A stretch of 64,000 nt of DNA from positions 1 through 64,000 of the IMG/VR virus record IMGVR_UViG_3300033153_013547; one strand, given 5' to 3'. This document shows positions 9,660 through 19,622 of this stretch, piece after piece. How positions within the stretch are numbered: position 1 is the stretch's first letter; each line of letters begins with the position of its first letter. The position numbers and the translations under genes were made by a program. The notes beneath the pieces were generated by a model, which made no database searches, was not told the DNA's origin, and saw only the letters and a list, made by a program, of their open reading frames with translations.

Positions 9660-10245
9660 GTTTCCTGTTACCTTTTAACATACGTAATAACGTAGATAAG
9701 ATTGTTACAAACATCATAAACATAGGCCAAATATTATCAGATTTAGACACAGTCAATGTTATAATAACCTTAGGATATGCTGAGCCAATGAAATAATGAC
9801 ATATTTCTCCTCCCTCTCTCCACAACTTTATGGTGGTGCCACTATACACTCTTGTATCTTTACTCAACTTAGAATACCACCATCTTTTTACCAGTTCAGC
9901 ATCCTCAGTAGCATGAAATGCAAAAGACACCACCAATCTCTGTGATCTATTACCAAACACATTTGCTGTAATAGAATCCTCAGGCAAAATACTATCATAT
10001 TTGGAAGATGATACAACACTCTTGACAGACCCAATGAGAATATTTATAACTGAGATTATATTATTTGCAAAATCAGATCCCTCAAAGATTGCATTGCCTC
10101 CACGTACTAATTCATCAGCAATGACAGAATCATCAATATCAAGATCATTTTTCATATAATACAAACAAGTTGATAACAATAATAACGAACGAATTGCATA
10201 AGACCGCTGATCCCTTGAAGTTTCCATGATATTACTAAACGACAT
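9640..10245 (-). CDS. hypothetical protein within the ubiquitin-like operon
   Basis: 201-aa ORF with GGAGG RBS. Confidence 0.7.
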   Translation of the reverse strand: MSFSNIMETSRDQRSYAIRSLLLLSTCLYYMKNDLDIDDSVIADELVRGGNAIFEGSDFANNIISVINILIGSVKSVVSSSKYDSILPEDSITANVFGNRSQRLVVSFAFHATEDAELVKRWWYSKLSKDTRVYSGTTIKLWREGGEICHYFIGSAYPKVIITLTVSKSDNIWPMFMMFVTILSTLLRMLKGNRKHDKKNK

Positions 10246-10263
10246 AGATAAACTTCCTCCTAA

Positions 10264-10587
10264 CTAAAAATAATCTGGACATAATATAGGATCAGATGCA
10301 AGAGTAGTAGATAGTCTTTTAAACAAAGACGGATTGTCTAGGGGCTCAGTATCTAAGAACTGATCTATTACTGAATAGTCTGAAGAGGAAGCAACAAATT
10401 TCCACAACCATTCATTATTATCTCTTCCCAACCTTGTTGCAAGATTAATCAAACGATTGATAATATTAGGATTTGCTGGGAAATGCTCAATATAAGGAAT
10501 TAGGGTAATTAGCATTACAATCTCAGGGGCTATTGATGGCATAGCCTCAAGCATAGACAACTTATCTGAGATATCATTGTTATTCAT
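10264..10587 (-). CDS. hypothetical helical protein within the ubiquitin-like operon
   Basis: 107-aa ORF. Confidence 0.65.
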   Translation of the reverse strand: MNNNDISDKLSMLEAMPSIAPEIVMLITLIPYIEHFPANPNIINRLINLATRLGRDNNEWLWKFVASSSDYSVIDQFLDTEPLDNPSLFKRLSTTLASDPILCPDYF

Positions 10588-10592
10588 GACAA

Positions 10593-10895
10593 TTACCCTT
10601 TTGTCCCTGCAGTTTGATCAGCAGCCCATATATTGGCTCCTTCCTCTGTCTTTGTAAGCCTACTGTTACTAACACCAGGGAAATCTTCCTTAAAATAATC
10701 ACGTATTTCCTGCTCTGTTTTCAAATCTGCTGGAAAATAATGTTTCTCTGCATTGATATAGCAAACACCAACATCCATTTTTGGTGCACCTGCCTGAACA
10801 AAGGTATCATCAGCATCAGTACTTGCATCAGTACTTACATTATTACCCAAACTGATGCTGGGTATGTCAGAATCTCTTTCTCTTTTCTCATTCAT
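10593..10895 (-). CDS. prokaryotic ubiquitin-like protein (PRTRC protein C / Prok_Ub-like)
   Basis: EQEIRDYFKEDFPGVSN...AGTKG-COOH; the terminal GTKG is the PRTRC-C signature; GGAGG RBS; first gene of the E2/JAB/E1 cluster. Confidence 0.8.
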   Translation of the reverse strand: MNEKRERDSDIPSISLGNNVSTDASTDADDTFVQAGAPKMDVGVCYINAEKHYFPADLKTEQEIRDYFKEDFPGVSNSRLTKTEEGANIWAADQTAGTKG

Positions 10896-10920
10896 TTTTA
10901 ACCTCCAAGTGAATTATACA

Positions 10921-11616
10921 CTATACAGGCCACTGTCCTGTTTCACTATCACTTAGGCACTTAATACGCAATGCATCTTCTGTACCTGTACCATAAGCAC
11001 AAGGTACAAGCTCATCAAAAGGGTTAGTCTTTTCTGCCACCACTTTTTGCCCTGTCTCTTCATCAAATGATGGATCAGAATGCTGAGATGATTCTTCAGA
11101 TATAGATATTGTATAAAAATCCTCTACATTAGAATAACATATTGTATTACCTGAATTCCAATCATGCAGCACAAGATTATCACCTGGGCATAATTCTTGA
11201 TTATTACACAAGGAAACAAATAAACTAAGTCGTGGGTTACTACTGGTTGTATGATGACGTCTACTATATTCATGACACATATCAAACAAGTGATGAGAGA
11301 ACATGTGCTTAGTCTTCTCATAGAAAACAACTTCCATTACTGATTCTTCTATTTTAGGAACAAGAACATCAAGATCCTTACGAATATCTCGTAATCTAAC
11401 AGTCCTTACTGACTTGGGTTTATAAAAACACCCAGTGTCTATGCTTTCATCTTTTGCAGCAATAGCACAAAATAACATAGTATTTTTGTCTACAAGCTTG
11501 AGTTGATTACCAGGATGCACTTCTACTTCAATTGTAGTATTCATATGCAAAGAAGCATTACCAAAGAAACTGGCAGGAAATGGAACAGAAAAAACTATAT
11601 TCTCCATGACTAACAC
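10921..11616 (-). CDS. hypothetical protein
   Basis: 231-aa ORF. Confidence 0.65.
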   Translation of the reverse strand: MLVMENIVFSVPFPASFFGNASLHMNTTIEVEVHPGNQLKLVDKNTMLFCAIAAKDESIDTGCFYKPKSVRTVRLRDIRKDLDVLVPKIEESVMEVVFYEKTKHMFSHHLFDMCHEYSRRHHTTSSNPRLSLFVSLCNNQELCPGDNLVLHDWNSGNTICYSNVEDFYTISISEESSQHSDPSFDEETGQKVVAEKTNPFDELVPCAYGTGTEDALRIKCLSDSETGQWPV

Positions 11617-13367
11617 CTTTCAAATCTGATAGTGCTAACAGCACCACCATCTTGCCTCAGTTTTATAACACCATCAGCCAAAGCCAAATCTCTCATAGTA
11701 TGAGAAATAAAGATTACTTGATCAAACCCATCTTCTTCTGATATATGCTTAATTAGCTTCATCATCATATCAGACTTTTGATCATCAAGTTTGTCAAATG
11801 TCTCGTCTAAAACTAACATTCCAGCATCAATGCCTAGACTCATCATATATTTACAAAGTCCATATCTTATAGCCAATTGAAATGCACGAGATTCTCCACC
11901 AGAAAGATTTCTATACTCTATGACTTTACCCATATGAGAAGCCATAATAGCAATAGTTTCTTTCTTGCCACCAGTAGACAAAGGTTTTAGTGTCTCTATG
12001 GATACAGACATAGGCATATCTAACATAGACAACACATTGTTGGCATAGCCAGCAACAATAGAAATCATTTCATGTATAATATGAGCCTGGGCTCCATGCT
12101 TGCCCCAAGCCTCAACAAGCATAGTAAATAGTCTTTTAGACTCATTCAATTCTATCAGCTTAGGCTCAATAGCATGTAATTCAGCAGTAGATTTAGAAAC
12201 CTCTTTTATTGTAGCCTCAATGGATGCAATTCTCTTTATGATATCATCTCGTTTAACTGACCTGAACCCTGACAGATCATCAAGTTCTTTCTCAATTAGG
12301 CTGATCTTGTCTTCATAATTCTTGCATTCATTCACCTTACCAAGCCTTTGAGACATGCTAGTAAGAGACTTGAATTCTGCAATAGTTTTCTTATCTACAA
12401 ATTTCTCAAGTCTTTTGATTTCTTTGCTAATTCTCTCTTGCTTTAAATAATCAACAGCCAAGGGACATTGTTTAATTAAATCTTTTGACACTGCCAGACA
12501 AGGAATGGCATCATTATACTTAGTAGATTCTAAAAGATTATACAAATCAGCCAACTGCTTAGCCATTACCATTGGCTTGCTAGATAGTGATTTTTCTATT
12601 TCACTAAACTTAACAAATCTTTCATACTGCTCCTGCAGTTTGGTAAATTTAGACAAATCTGATCTCAACTTCTTCTGTTTGCTCTCTCTAAGTGAATCTA
12701 CTGCATTAGCATCAGACAAGTCTGACTGCAAAAGCAACAATTCTTCATTCAATTGACTGACATTAGCACTGATTATTTTTCTGCTGAGATATTCCTTTAG
12801 TTTTTCTTGTTCTTTAATCTCTTCATCTAACTTGGCTACTCTCACAGCAGCCAAATCAGATGCCATCTGTTGTTTGTCAAGATCTGCTATAGATGCTAGA
12901 AGATCTCTACGAGATTCTGGTCTTTCTTCACAAAGATCAAATTCTGTTCTCTGTGAGCTAAAAACACTGGCAATAAATGTCTTGTATGGCATTAGAATGG
13001 TAGATATTAGATTAGTTGCTTCGGAGGACTTGCTGCTTGTTAGTATTTCACCTGTGTCTATATCAGAGATGGAAACTTCTGATTCTTTGGTCTTTTTTAC
13101 TTTGCTAACTCTACGAGTAATCAATAAATTTCTTCCAGAGATGGTAAAACTTCCCTGGATAACAGATTGATCAGCACTCATAAAGTCATATAAAGAACCA
13201 AATCTTGAGGGAAACTTTCCATACAAGCAAGCTGCTATGCTTTCTGCTAAAAATGTCTTGCCAGAACCATTAGGTCCCAAGATGCAAAGACAATTACTAT
13301 CTGATAAATCAAGGTTTGCTTCCTTGAGCTTACCAAACTCTTTAAGAACAAGTTTATTGATTCTCAA
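11610..13367 (-). CDS. sbcC: SbcC/Rad50/gp46-like ABC-ATPase
   Basis: Walker A GPNGSGKT, Q-loop, coiled coil with a C..C hook-like centre, LSGGE signature, LVLDE, ISH. Confidence 0.92.
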   Translation of the reverse strand: MRINKLVLKEFGKLKEANLDLSDSNCLCILGPNGSGKTFLAESIAACLYGKFPSRFGSLYDFMSADQSVIQGSFTISGRNLLITRRVSKVKKTKESEVSISDIDTGEILTSSKSSEATNLISTILMPYKTFIASVFSSQRTEFDLCEERPESRRDLLASIADLDKQQMASDLAAVRVAKLDEEIKEQEKLKEYLSRKIISANVSQLNEELLLLQSDLSDANAVDSLRESKQKKLRSDLSKFTKLQEQYERFVKFSEIEKSLSSKPMVMAKQLADLYNLLESTKYNDAIPCLAVSKDLIKQCPLAVDYLKQERISKEIKRLEKFVDKKTIAEFKSLTSMSQRLGKVNECKNYEDKISLIEKELDDLSGFRSVKRDDIIKRIASIEATIKEVSKSTAELHAIEPKLIELNESKRLFTMLVEAWGKHGAQAHIIHEMISIVAGYANNVLSMLDMPMSVSIETLKPLSTGGKKETIAIMASHMGKVIEYRNLSGGESRAFQLAIRYGLCKYMMSLGIDAGMLVLDETFDKLDDQKSDMMMKLIKHISEEDGFDQVIFISHTMRDLALADGVIKLRQDGGAVSTIRFERC

Positions 13368-13559
13368 TTATCTACCCTCATAGAACTCATCCAGCTCAAG
13401 ATAATCTTCTAACTCTTTCATAGCCTTGAGATAGGCTTTACGTAACTTGTGAAACCTTGGATCGTCTATGTCATCAAACTCACTCCAACTTACAAAACAT
13501 CCTTCAAGACCTTTGCGTTCTATAATTTCACACACAGCTTGTCTATCTTCTTTTGTCAT
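13368..13559 (-). CDS. small hypothetical protein inserted between sbcD and sbcC
   Basis: 63 aa with GAGG RBS. Confidence 0.6.
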   Translation of the reverse strand: MTKEDRQAVCEIIERKGLEGCFVSWSEFDDIDDPRFHKLRKAYLKAMKELEDYLELDEFYEGR

Positions 13560-13601
13560 GCTAATTACCTCTTCTTTCTATCTGTGCCCAGAACTTTTAC
13601 T

Positions 13602-14729
13602 CTATTGCTCCATCTCAGCCACAATTTCAGCAGCCATATTACTTAGCTTCTTCTTCTCAGACTTAGATATTTCATATTTGTCTTCCAAGACAGACAATGC
13701 TTGTTGTTCAAGTGACATAGATGTGAGACTCAATCTCTTCGATACTATAATCGTATCTTTGTTCAGCCTGATCTCAACAGCATCACCATATCTATCAGCC
13801 ACTTTCTTCCACTGCTCATTAGAATCTACATATACAATAAACCTATTATACCCTTCAGGAGGTATGTCAATCTTCTCATCAGATGACAATATTTTGACTT
13901 TACTTGTCTCTACTTCAACAAATCTTCTAACAATATTTTTCTTACTACTCACTCTAATCAGAACAAATCCAGTAGGCTTTCCTGAATCTGCTACAGAGTG
14001 ATGATACATTGCTCCAGAATAATAATCATCAGGAGTATGAATATGATTCATCATAATAATATGAGGATCAAAGGCAGCATTGATTTCATCAACAGACAAA
14101 ACCATTTTGTCTCTACTAACAATTTTACTGCCAACACTTGATCCTTCAAGTGTAAAATGTCCTATAAACATTTTGATGATATTAGATGAAGCATTGATAT
14201 GAACATCATTAGCAGCCAGCCCCATCCATTCTACCAGACTTTGCCTGGATCTTTTGTTCAGTTCTTCTTGTGTAATATCAGGCTCTATCTGGGCTATCCT
14301 ATCTCTAGCCAGGGTATTCCAGGGCATTGCCATAATAGCAATCTTTCTCTTGAAACCAAAATCTACATCATAAATAACAGAAGGTAAAGAAATCTTGAGT
14401 ATTCGAGGATGATTTGGTATAATATCTAACACTGAAAGATTGAAATCAGGATCAACATCATGGTTACCTGGCATCATAACACACCAGGCATCAGGATGAC
14501 TATCTAAGTAAGAAAACAAAGGACCATAAACACCATGGATCACCCTAAACGTAGATGTTTGCTTATCCCCAATATTAGTTGAATCAACAATATCTCCACC
14601 AATAACAATCAGATTACAATCAAACTCAGCAGCCTTCATCAATAGAAGTTCCCATGAATTTCTGCACATGTCTAGTCTCCTAGCAGTAAAATGAAGATCA
14701 GGCATGTGTGCTATTCTTAGAAACTCCAT
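13602..14729 (-). CDS. sbcD: SbcD/Mre11/gp47-like nuclease
   Basis: DLH, GGDIVD, PGNHD, GHF and NHIH metallophosphoesterase motifs; upstream of sbcC. Confidence 0.9.
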   Translation of the reverse strand: MEFLRIAHMPDLHFTARRLDMCRNSWELLLMKAAEFDCNLIVIGGDIVDSTNIGDKQTSTFRVIHGVYGPLFSYLDSHPDAWCVMMPGNHDVDPDFNLSVLDIIPNHPRILKISLPSVIYDVDFGFKRKIAIMAMPWNTLARDRIAQIEPDITQEELNKRSRQSLVEWMGLAANDVHINASSNIIKMFIGHFTLEGSSVGSKIVSRDKMVLSVDEINAAFDPHIIMMNHIHTPDDYYSGAMYHHSVADSGKPTGFVLIRVSSKKNIVRRFVEVETSKVKILSSDEKIDIPPEGYNRFIVYVDSNEQWKKVADRYGDAVEIRLNKDTIIVSKRLSLTSMSLEQQALSVLEDKYEISKSEKKKLSNMAAEIVAEMEQ

Positions 14730-14763
14730 AAGCCAAGATTACTCCTTGAGCATTTTAGAAATA

Positions 14764-14964
14764 TCATCTAGACAACTTTGTGACATGAGGGTATCGAACT
14801 AAACACTCACTACAATAACCACTTTTACCTATGAGAGTACTCCAACCAACAGGACTACCACAAAGTCTACAACATATTTTAGCACAATCAAGCACATCTT
14901 CTAACTCATCAATGCGTTGCTGCAGTTCCACTAAACGTTGCTCCAGTTCAATACTCATGACCAT
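14764..14964 (-). CDS. small zinc-finger protein
   Basis: CRLCG...YCSEC. Confidence 0.55.
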   Translation of the reverse strand: MVMSIELEQRLVELQQRIDELEDVLDCAKICCRLCGSPVGWSTLIGKSGYCSECLVRYPHVTKLSR

Positions 14965-15009
14965 ACCTCCGATACGTAGATAAAAGACATTACAATATCC
15001 CTAACCCAC

Positions 15010-15339
15010 TCACGCATTACTACTCTCTTTTGTTATATCACGCTTAAATGCCTCAATTTCGCGCACCGCAGTCCGCTTACCGTGTTCCGCATCACGACAG
15101 TATTTCCAATGCGCGTGGCATAGTTTATTGTCATATATCAGAGTGGGCCAAGTAAAATACATCATTACCCCTGGCTCGTCAGCAGAATCAAAATGCCAAG
15201 CGAGCGTCATTCGTAGTTCCCAATTACAAACATCACCTTTTCGTTCATAAACCGTCGCTTCAATGATCGCCCCGCCAACGTGCGTACAATAAGTATAAGT
15301 ACCGCGATCTTCTGTCCACTCATCAAAGACTGTCACCAC
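15010..15339 (-). CDS. hypothetical protein, tandem paralog of 15323..15682
   Basis: Shares VGGAIIEATVY.RKGD, LRMTLAW and EIEAFKRDITKE with the next ORF. Confidence 0.75.
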   Translation of the reverse strand: MVTVFDEWTEDRGTYTYCTHVGGAIIEATVYERKGDVCNWELRMTLAWHFDSADEPGVMMYFTWPTLIYDNKLCHAHWKYCRDAEHGKRTAVREIEAFKRDITKESSNA

Positions 15340-15682
15340 CGTTCTCCTTTGTTATATCACGTTTGAATGCCTCAATTTCATGCATTGCAATCAGCTTGCC
15401 GTGTTTTACATCACGACAACATTTCCAGTGCGCGTAGTACATTTCATTGTCATGTACCGGAGTAGGCCAAATAAAGCTTGTCATTGCTCTTGGTTCACCG
15501 GTAAGATCAAAATACCAGGCAAGCGTCATTCGTAGTTTCCAACCATGGGAATCACCTTTTCGCTTGTAGACTGTTGCTTCAATGATCGCACCACCAACAC
15601 GCGTACGATAGGTGTGGGTGCCACGATTTTCTGCCCACTCATTGAAAACCGTCATCGCTTCCTCCTCTCCAGTCTCACCCAA
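15323..15682 (-). CDS. hypothetical protein, tandem paralog of 15010..15339 (start probably ~15655)
   Basis: High similarity to the preceding ORF; GGAGG RBS. Confidence 0.75.
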   Translation of the reverse strand: MGETGEEEAMTVFNEWAENRGTHTYRTRVGGAIIEATVYKRKGDSHGWKLRMTLAWYFDLTGEPRAMTSFIWPTPVHDNEMYYAHWKCCRDVKHGKLIAMHEIEAFKRDITKENGGDSL

Positions 15683-15842
15683 AAACTAAAAATGTTTTTT
15701 ACTTTCTAAATCGCCTAAAATATTTTTTGAAATTTTGCTCTATAAAGGGATTTATTGAAAACTATTAGTTCGTCAAGCTGTCTGTCTAATCTGGTAATAA
15801 TCCAACATCGTGATACCTCTTTGTCCCTTGCTTTATTCTCAT

Positions 15843-16277
15843 TCATCCTCGCACCTCCAGCAATTCGGGATTATCGTGGATGTTGCCGATGATTTTCCAC
15901 CAGTTCTGACGCTTTATCATGTCGGTCTCGTCCCAATCGGCAAAAGCCATAGTGTCAAAGTATTTATGGTCATCAACACACTCAAGGGCAAATTGGGCAT
16001 TGCGATACACGACCACCAAGCATGGACGCTTTAGGTCTGTTTCGAGCATATCCCCCTCCCATATTTCGCTGCCGTCTCGGTCGCAGAGTCCGGTGTATTG
16101 GCCGACGGTTTCGGAGTCTACGGGAGTAAAATACCCCTTCATTATGTGCCAGACAACAGGCGGGGATTGAGATGGCCGAGTGCGACATATCAAATGTTCT
16201 CCGCCAAGTTCAACATAAAACCCATAAATCCACTCGCCATTATCAACGCGCTTACCTCTAAACTCACGCCTATCCAT
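15843..16277 (-). CDS. YopX-family protein
   Basis: REFRGKRVDNGEWIYG, TVGQYTGL.D..G.EIWEGD, IIGNIHDNPELLE. Confidence 0.92.
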   Translation of the reverse strand: MDRREFRGKRVDNGEWIYGFYVELGGEHLICRTRPSQSPPVVWHIMKGYFTPVDSETVGQYTGLCDRDGSEIWEGDMLETDLKRPCLVVVYRNAQFALECVDDHKYFDTMAFADWDETDMIKRQNWWKIIGNIHDNPELLEVRG

Positions 16278-18607
16278 TACATACCTCTCTTGCCTAGTGG
16301 CACAGTAGTAAACTTGTTTCCATCCATATAACCACGAGATATAGAGAATTTGTTTCCATTTTTGCTTCTACCCCTGAAATCTACTGTTACTATGTCTCCT
16401 TCCACAATATCGTTAGAAACTATTGCTCCGGCGACAACGTTAGTTATATCTTTCTGGATCGTTCTCCGCAAAGGACGAGCACCGAATGCTGCATCGTATC
16501 CCCTTTCTGCTAACTCCCTGCAAGCATTGTCAGTAACAACAAGCTTAATTTCTTGTTCAGCCAATCTCTCTACAAGTTTATCAACTTGCAAACAAGTAAT
16601 ATCAATAGCATGTTCCCTTGTCAATGGGTGAAAAACAATGACCTCATCAATCCTATTCAGGAACTCAGGTCTTAGTATTGTTTTCAACCTATTTTTGACT
16701 TTGTTCACCATGATAGGATAACCATCAGCCAATTGCCTATCATTTTTGCCCATTGAAAACTCAGCAATTTCACTAGAAGCAATGTTACTGGTCATAACCA
16801 TTACTACATTTCTAAAATTAACTGTTACACCATGAGAATCAGTAAGCCTACCATCATCTAATACCTGTAATAATACATTCCAGACATCAGGGTGTGCTTT
16901 TTCTATTTCATCAAATAACACAATGCTGTATGGCTTCCTTCTAACTGCTTCTGTTAGTTGCCCACCATTATCATATCCAACATAACCTGGGGGTGATCCA
17001 ACAAGCCTTGTTGCAGAAAACCTTTCTCCATACTCACTCATATCTATTCTAACAACAGCGTCCCTGTTGTTGAATAGAAAGCCTGCTAAAACCTTTACAA
17101 GTTCAGTTTTCCCTACACCTGTTGGTCCACAGAACAGAAAACTACCAAGAGGTCTATCAGGATCTGACAATTTTGCTTTTGCCCTACGAATAGTCTCTGA
17201 CACAGCAGAAACTGCTTGAACCTGTCCAATCAGTTCTTTGTGTAACTCATCTTCCATGTGGATATATTTGTCACTTTCCTCAACAGAAAGGTTGGTCAAA
17301 GGAATTCCAGTCCACATGGAAACAACTTCTGCTATATCTTCTATACCAACAATGCTATCTTCTCTTATGTTTTCAGAATGATCAATCTTGACTCTCGAAC
17401 AAGCCTCATCAAGCAGATCAATAGCCTTATCTGGCAAAAATCTGCCCGTTACATAACGAGCTGATAGCTCTGCTGCTGCCTTTATTGCCTGAGAATCTAC
17501 TACTACTCCATGGTGATTTTCATACTTAGACACTATTCCATTTAATATTTCTTCTGTCTGTTCAATGCTTGGTTCATCTACAGAAATAGGTTGAAACCTT
17601 CTCTCCAGAGCAGCATCCTTTTCTATATGCTTTCTATACTCGTCAGCAGTAGTAGCACCAATACATTGTAACTCACCACGAGCAAGCACTGGTTTCAACA
17701 TGCTTGCAGCATCAACACCACCATCGCCAGCACCCATGGAAGCCAGGCTGTGTATTTCATCTATAAATAAAATAATTTGACGATTTTTGGATCTAATTTC
17801 ACTGATAATAACCTTGAGTCTCCTCTCAAGTTCTCCTCTCATAGAACTTCCAGCCATCAATCCCCCAAGATCAAGAGATAGAATCTTCTTGTTAGCCAAC
17901 ATGGGTGCTGTACCTTCAGCTATTCTTATAGCAAGTCCTTCAACTATTGCTGTTTTGCCTGTACCAGGCTTGCCAATCAAAACAGGGTTATTTTTGAATC
18001 TTCTAACCAATATTTGTATAGCCCTGTCCATTTCTTGTGTTCTACCAATGATAGGATCTATCTCTCCTCTTAGAGCCTTATCAGTAAGATCTGTTGTAAA
18101 TATTTCAAGCAGATTATCCTGATCATCATCCTTATTCACATCTTTTGTAACAGCAAACCTGTTTTGCATTTTAGCAAAAGATTTTTCTACCTGTGCTTTG
18201 CTAATTCCCAAGGTATTTCTGAATGATGCTCCATGAGTACGATCCATAAGTAGAGCCAAAAATACGTGATCAACTCGAATATTGTTGCTGTGGTTATTGT
18301 TCATGTATTTTTCTGCACGCTTGAAAATACTTACCACTTTTGGAGAAAAGAACACATCACTTGGGGCAAAAGATTCATCAGTACCCTCATTATCAATAAG
18401 TGTAGATGCAACTTCTATTACATCTTTAGCATTTACACCCATTTCACGAAGCATTGCCATAGCTTCTGAATCTTCCACAGATATGAGTCCATACAATAAG
18501 TCTTTTGGGAACATCTGATTCAAGCCTAACTCAGCAAGTTGAGTCTTGCTGATTCCTATGGCTTTGACAAGTTTGTCAGCAAACAATTGCCAATCAAGTT
18601 TGTACAT
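16277..18607 (-). CDS. Clp/Hsp100 AAA+ ATPase (ClpB/ClpC-like, no middle domain)
   Basis: Clp-N repeats; NBD1 GKPGTGKT and LFIDEIH; RFLPDKAIDLLDEA; NBD2 GPTGVGKT; GYVGY pore loop; GARPLRR. Confidence 0.96.
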   Translation of the reverse strand: MYKLDWQLFADKLVKAIGISKTQLAELGLNQMFPKDLLYGLISVEDSEAMAMLREMGVNAKDVIEVASTLIDNEGTDESFAPSDVFFSPKVVSIFKRAEKYMNNNHSNNIRVDHVFLALLMDRTHGASFRNTLGISKAQVEKSFAKMQNRFAVTKDVNKDDDQDNLLEIFTTDLTDKALRGEIDPIIGRTQEMDRAIQILVRRFKNNPVLIGKPGTGKTAIVEGLAIRIAEGTAPMLANKKILSLDLGGLMAGSSMRGELERRLKVIISEIRSKNRQIILFIDEIHSLASMGAGDGGVDAASMLKPVLARGELQCIGATTADEYRKHIEKDAALERRFQPISVDEPSIEQTEEILNGIVSKYENHHGVVVDSQAIKAAAELSARYVTGRFLPDKAIDLLDEACSRVKIDHSENIREDSIVGIEDIAEVVSMWTGIPLTNLSVEESDKYIHMEDELHKELIGQVQAVSAVSETIRRAKAKLSDPDRPLGSFLFCGPTGVGKTELVKVLAGFLFNNRDAVVRIDMSEYGERFSATRLVGSPPGYVGYDNGGQLTEAVRRKPYSIVLFDEIEKAHPDVWNVLLQVLDDGRLTDSHGVTVNFRNVVMVMTSNIASSEIAEFSMGKNDRQLADGYPIMVNKVKNRLKTILRPEFLNRIDEVIVFHPLTREHAIDITCLQVDKLVERLAEQEIKLVVTDNACRELAERGYDAAFGARPLRRTIQKDITNVVAGAIVSNDIVEGDIVTVDFRGRSKNGNKFSISRGYMDGNKFTTVPLGKRGM

Positions 18608-18665
18608 TTCTTACTCCTGTACTTAGTCATTCAACAATAACATTTATCTCGTTACTCATGTCTTA

Positions 18666-19238
18666 CTACTTCTTCCTGCTGTCAATTGCCTTGACATCTT
18701 TTTGAGAATACAAGCTTCTAAAGATTTGTCCATCAATATAGAGAGATATAGTGTATAGACCCTCAGCATCTTGTGTAAGAGTTGCAATAAACTCTGCTTT
18801 TCCTTTTGGCAAAGGAGCATGAACATTTGTCCAGCCCAGGGTAAGATCATAATAGCCTTTTTGTGCCTCACATTCAGCCTCACTGATGCTGAATCTTCTG
18901 TCTGTCATATCAGCTATTTTTCTTTGCCCAGTTTTAGGGTCTTTTACTGCAATCCAAGCCTCCAGCCCTACTATTTTTGCTTTACCAGTATTTGCATCAT
19001 ACTGGTAACATAGCACAGGTTTTGTGTCTTGAGAAAACTCACTCAGAAGACCTATTGCAACTCTACAAACTCTATCACCTCTCTGAGAAAGAGTATATTG
19101 ATCTACAATCTTTAGCAAAACTTCTAGCTCAGGAAATATCTCTAGCCACATTACCATGTATCTATTGTGCTGTCTAAACTCAGTCCCAAACTTAACCCTA
19201 AAGTCAGTAAAATCAGACTTCTTCGTTATTTTCATCAT
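18666..19238 (-). CDS. hypothetical protein
   Basis: 190-aa ORF. Confidence 0.65.
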   Translation of the reverse strand: MMKITKKSDFTDFRVKFGTEFRQHNRYMVMWLEIFPELEVLLKIVDQYTLSQRGDRVCRVAIGLLSEFSQDTKPVLCYQYDANTGKAKIVGLEAWIAVKDPKTGQRKIADMTDRRFSISEAECEAQKGYYDLTLGWTNVHAPLPKGKAEFIATLTQDAEGLYTISLYIDGQIFRSLYSQKDVKAIDSRKK

Positions 19239-19509
19239 CTAGATCCACCTGGCTTTCTAAAACTATTTCTGGATCGGCAAACATCCTGGCTAACTCATCG
19301 CCAAAGAATCCATTTTCTATACATTTTTGCTTTTCTTTTGCCTCACAGGACTCACAATCAATACCTTTACACTTAGCAGCCAATATGCTATGAAACTTAG
19401 CATTTTTCCTAAAAATTCTGATTTCTTCTTCTGTTGGTTCTGGTATTTCTACATCTTCATCTATTGAAGCATCAGTCATAACAGCAACCCACTGTTGATC
19501 ATCAGTCAT
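19213..19509 (-). CDS. acidic Cys-containing hypothetical protein
   Basis: CKGIDCESC...KC; AGGAG RBS. Confidence 0.65.
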   Translation of the reverse strand: MTDDQQWVAVMTDASIDEDVEIPEPTEEEIRIFRKNAKFHSILAAKCKGIDCESCEAKEKQKCIENGFFGDELARMFADPEIVLESQVDLDDENNEEV

Positions 19510-19622
19510 GAGGCTTCTCCTTATTTATTTGTGGATTTGTCTATGATCATAGACTAAGGTGTAAAAAGATGTGCTTCACTTACAAAACGAAGTTCTATTT
19601 GTCCGCTACTATTATCGTTTTG

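Noticed and set aside
15737-15765. CRISPR-repeat-like end (AAAGGGATTTATTGAAAAC) after an AT-rich leader-like stretch
   Set aside because: Single copy only; no second repeat or spacer.
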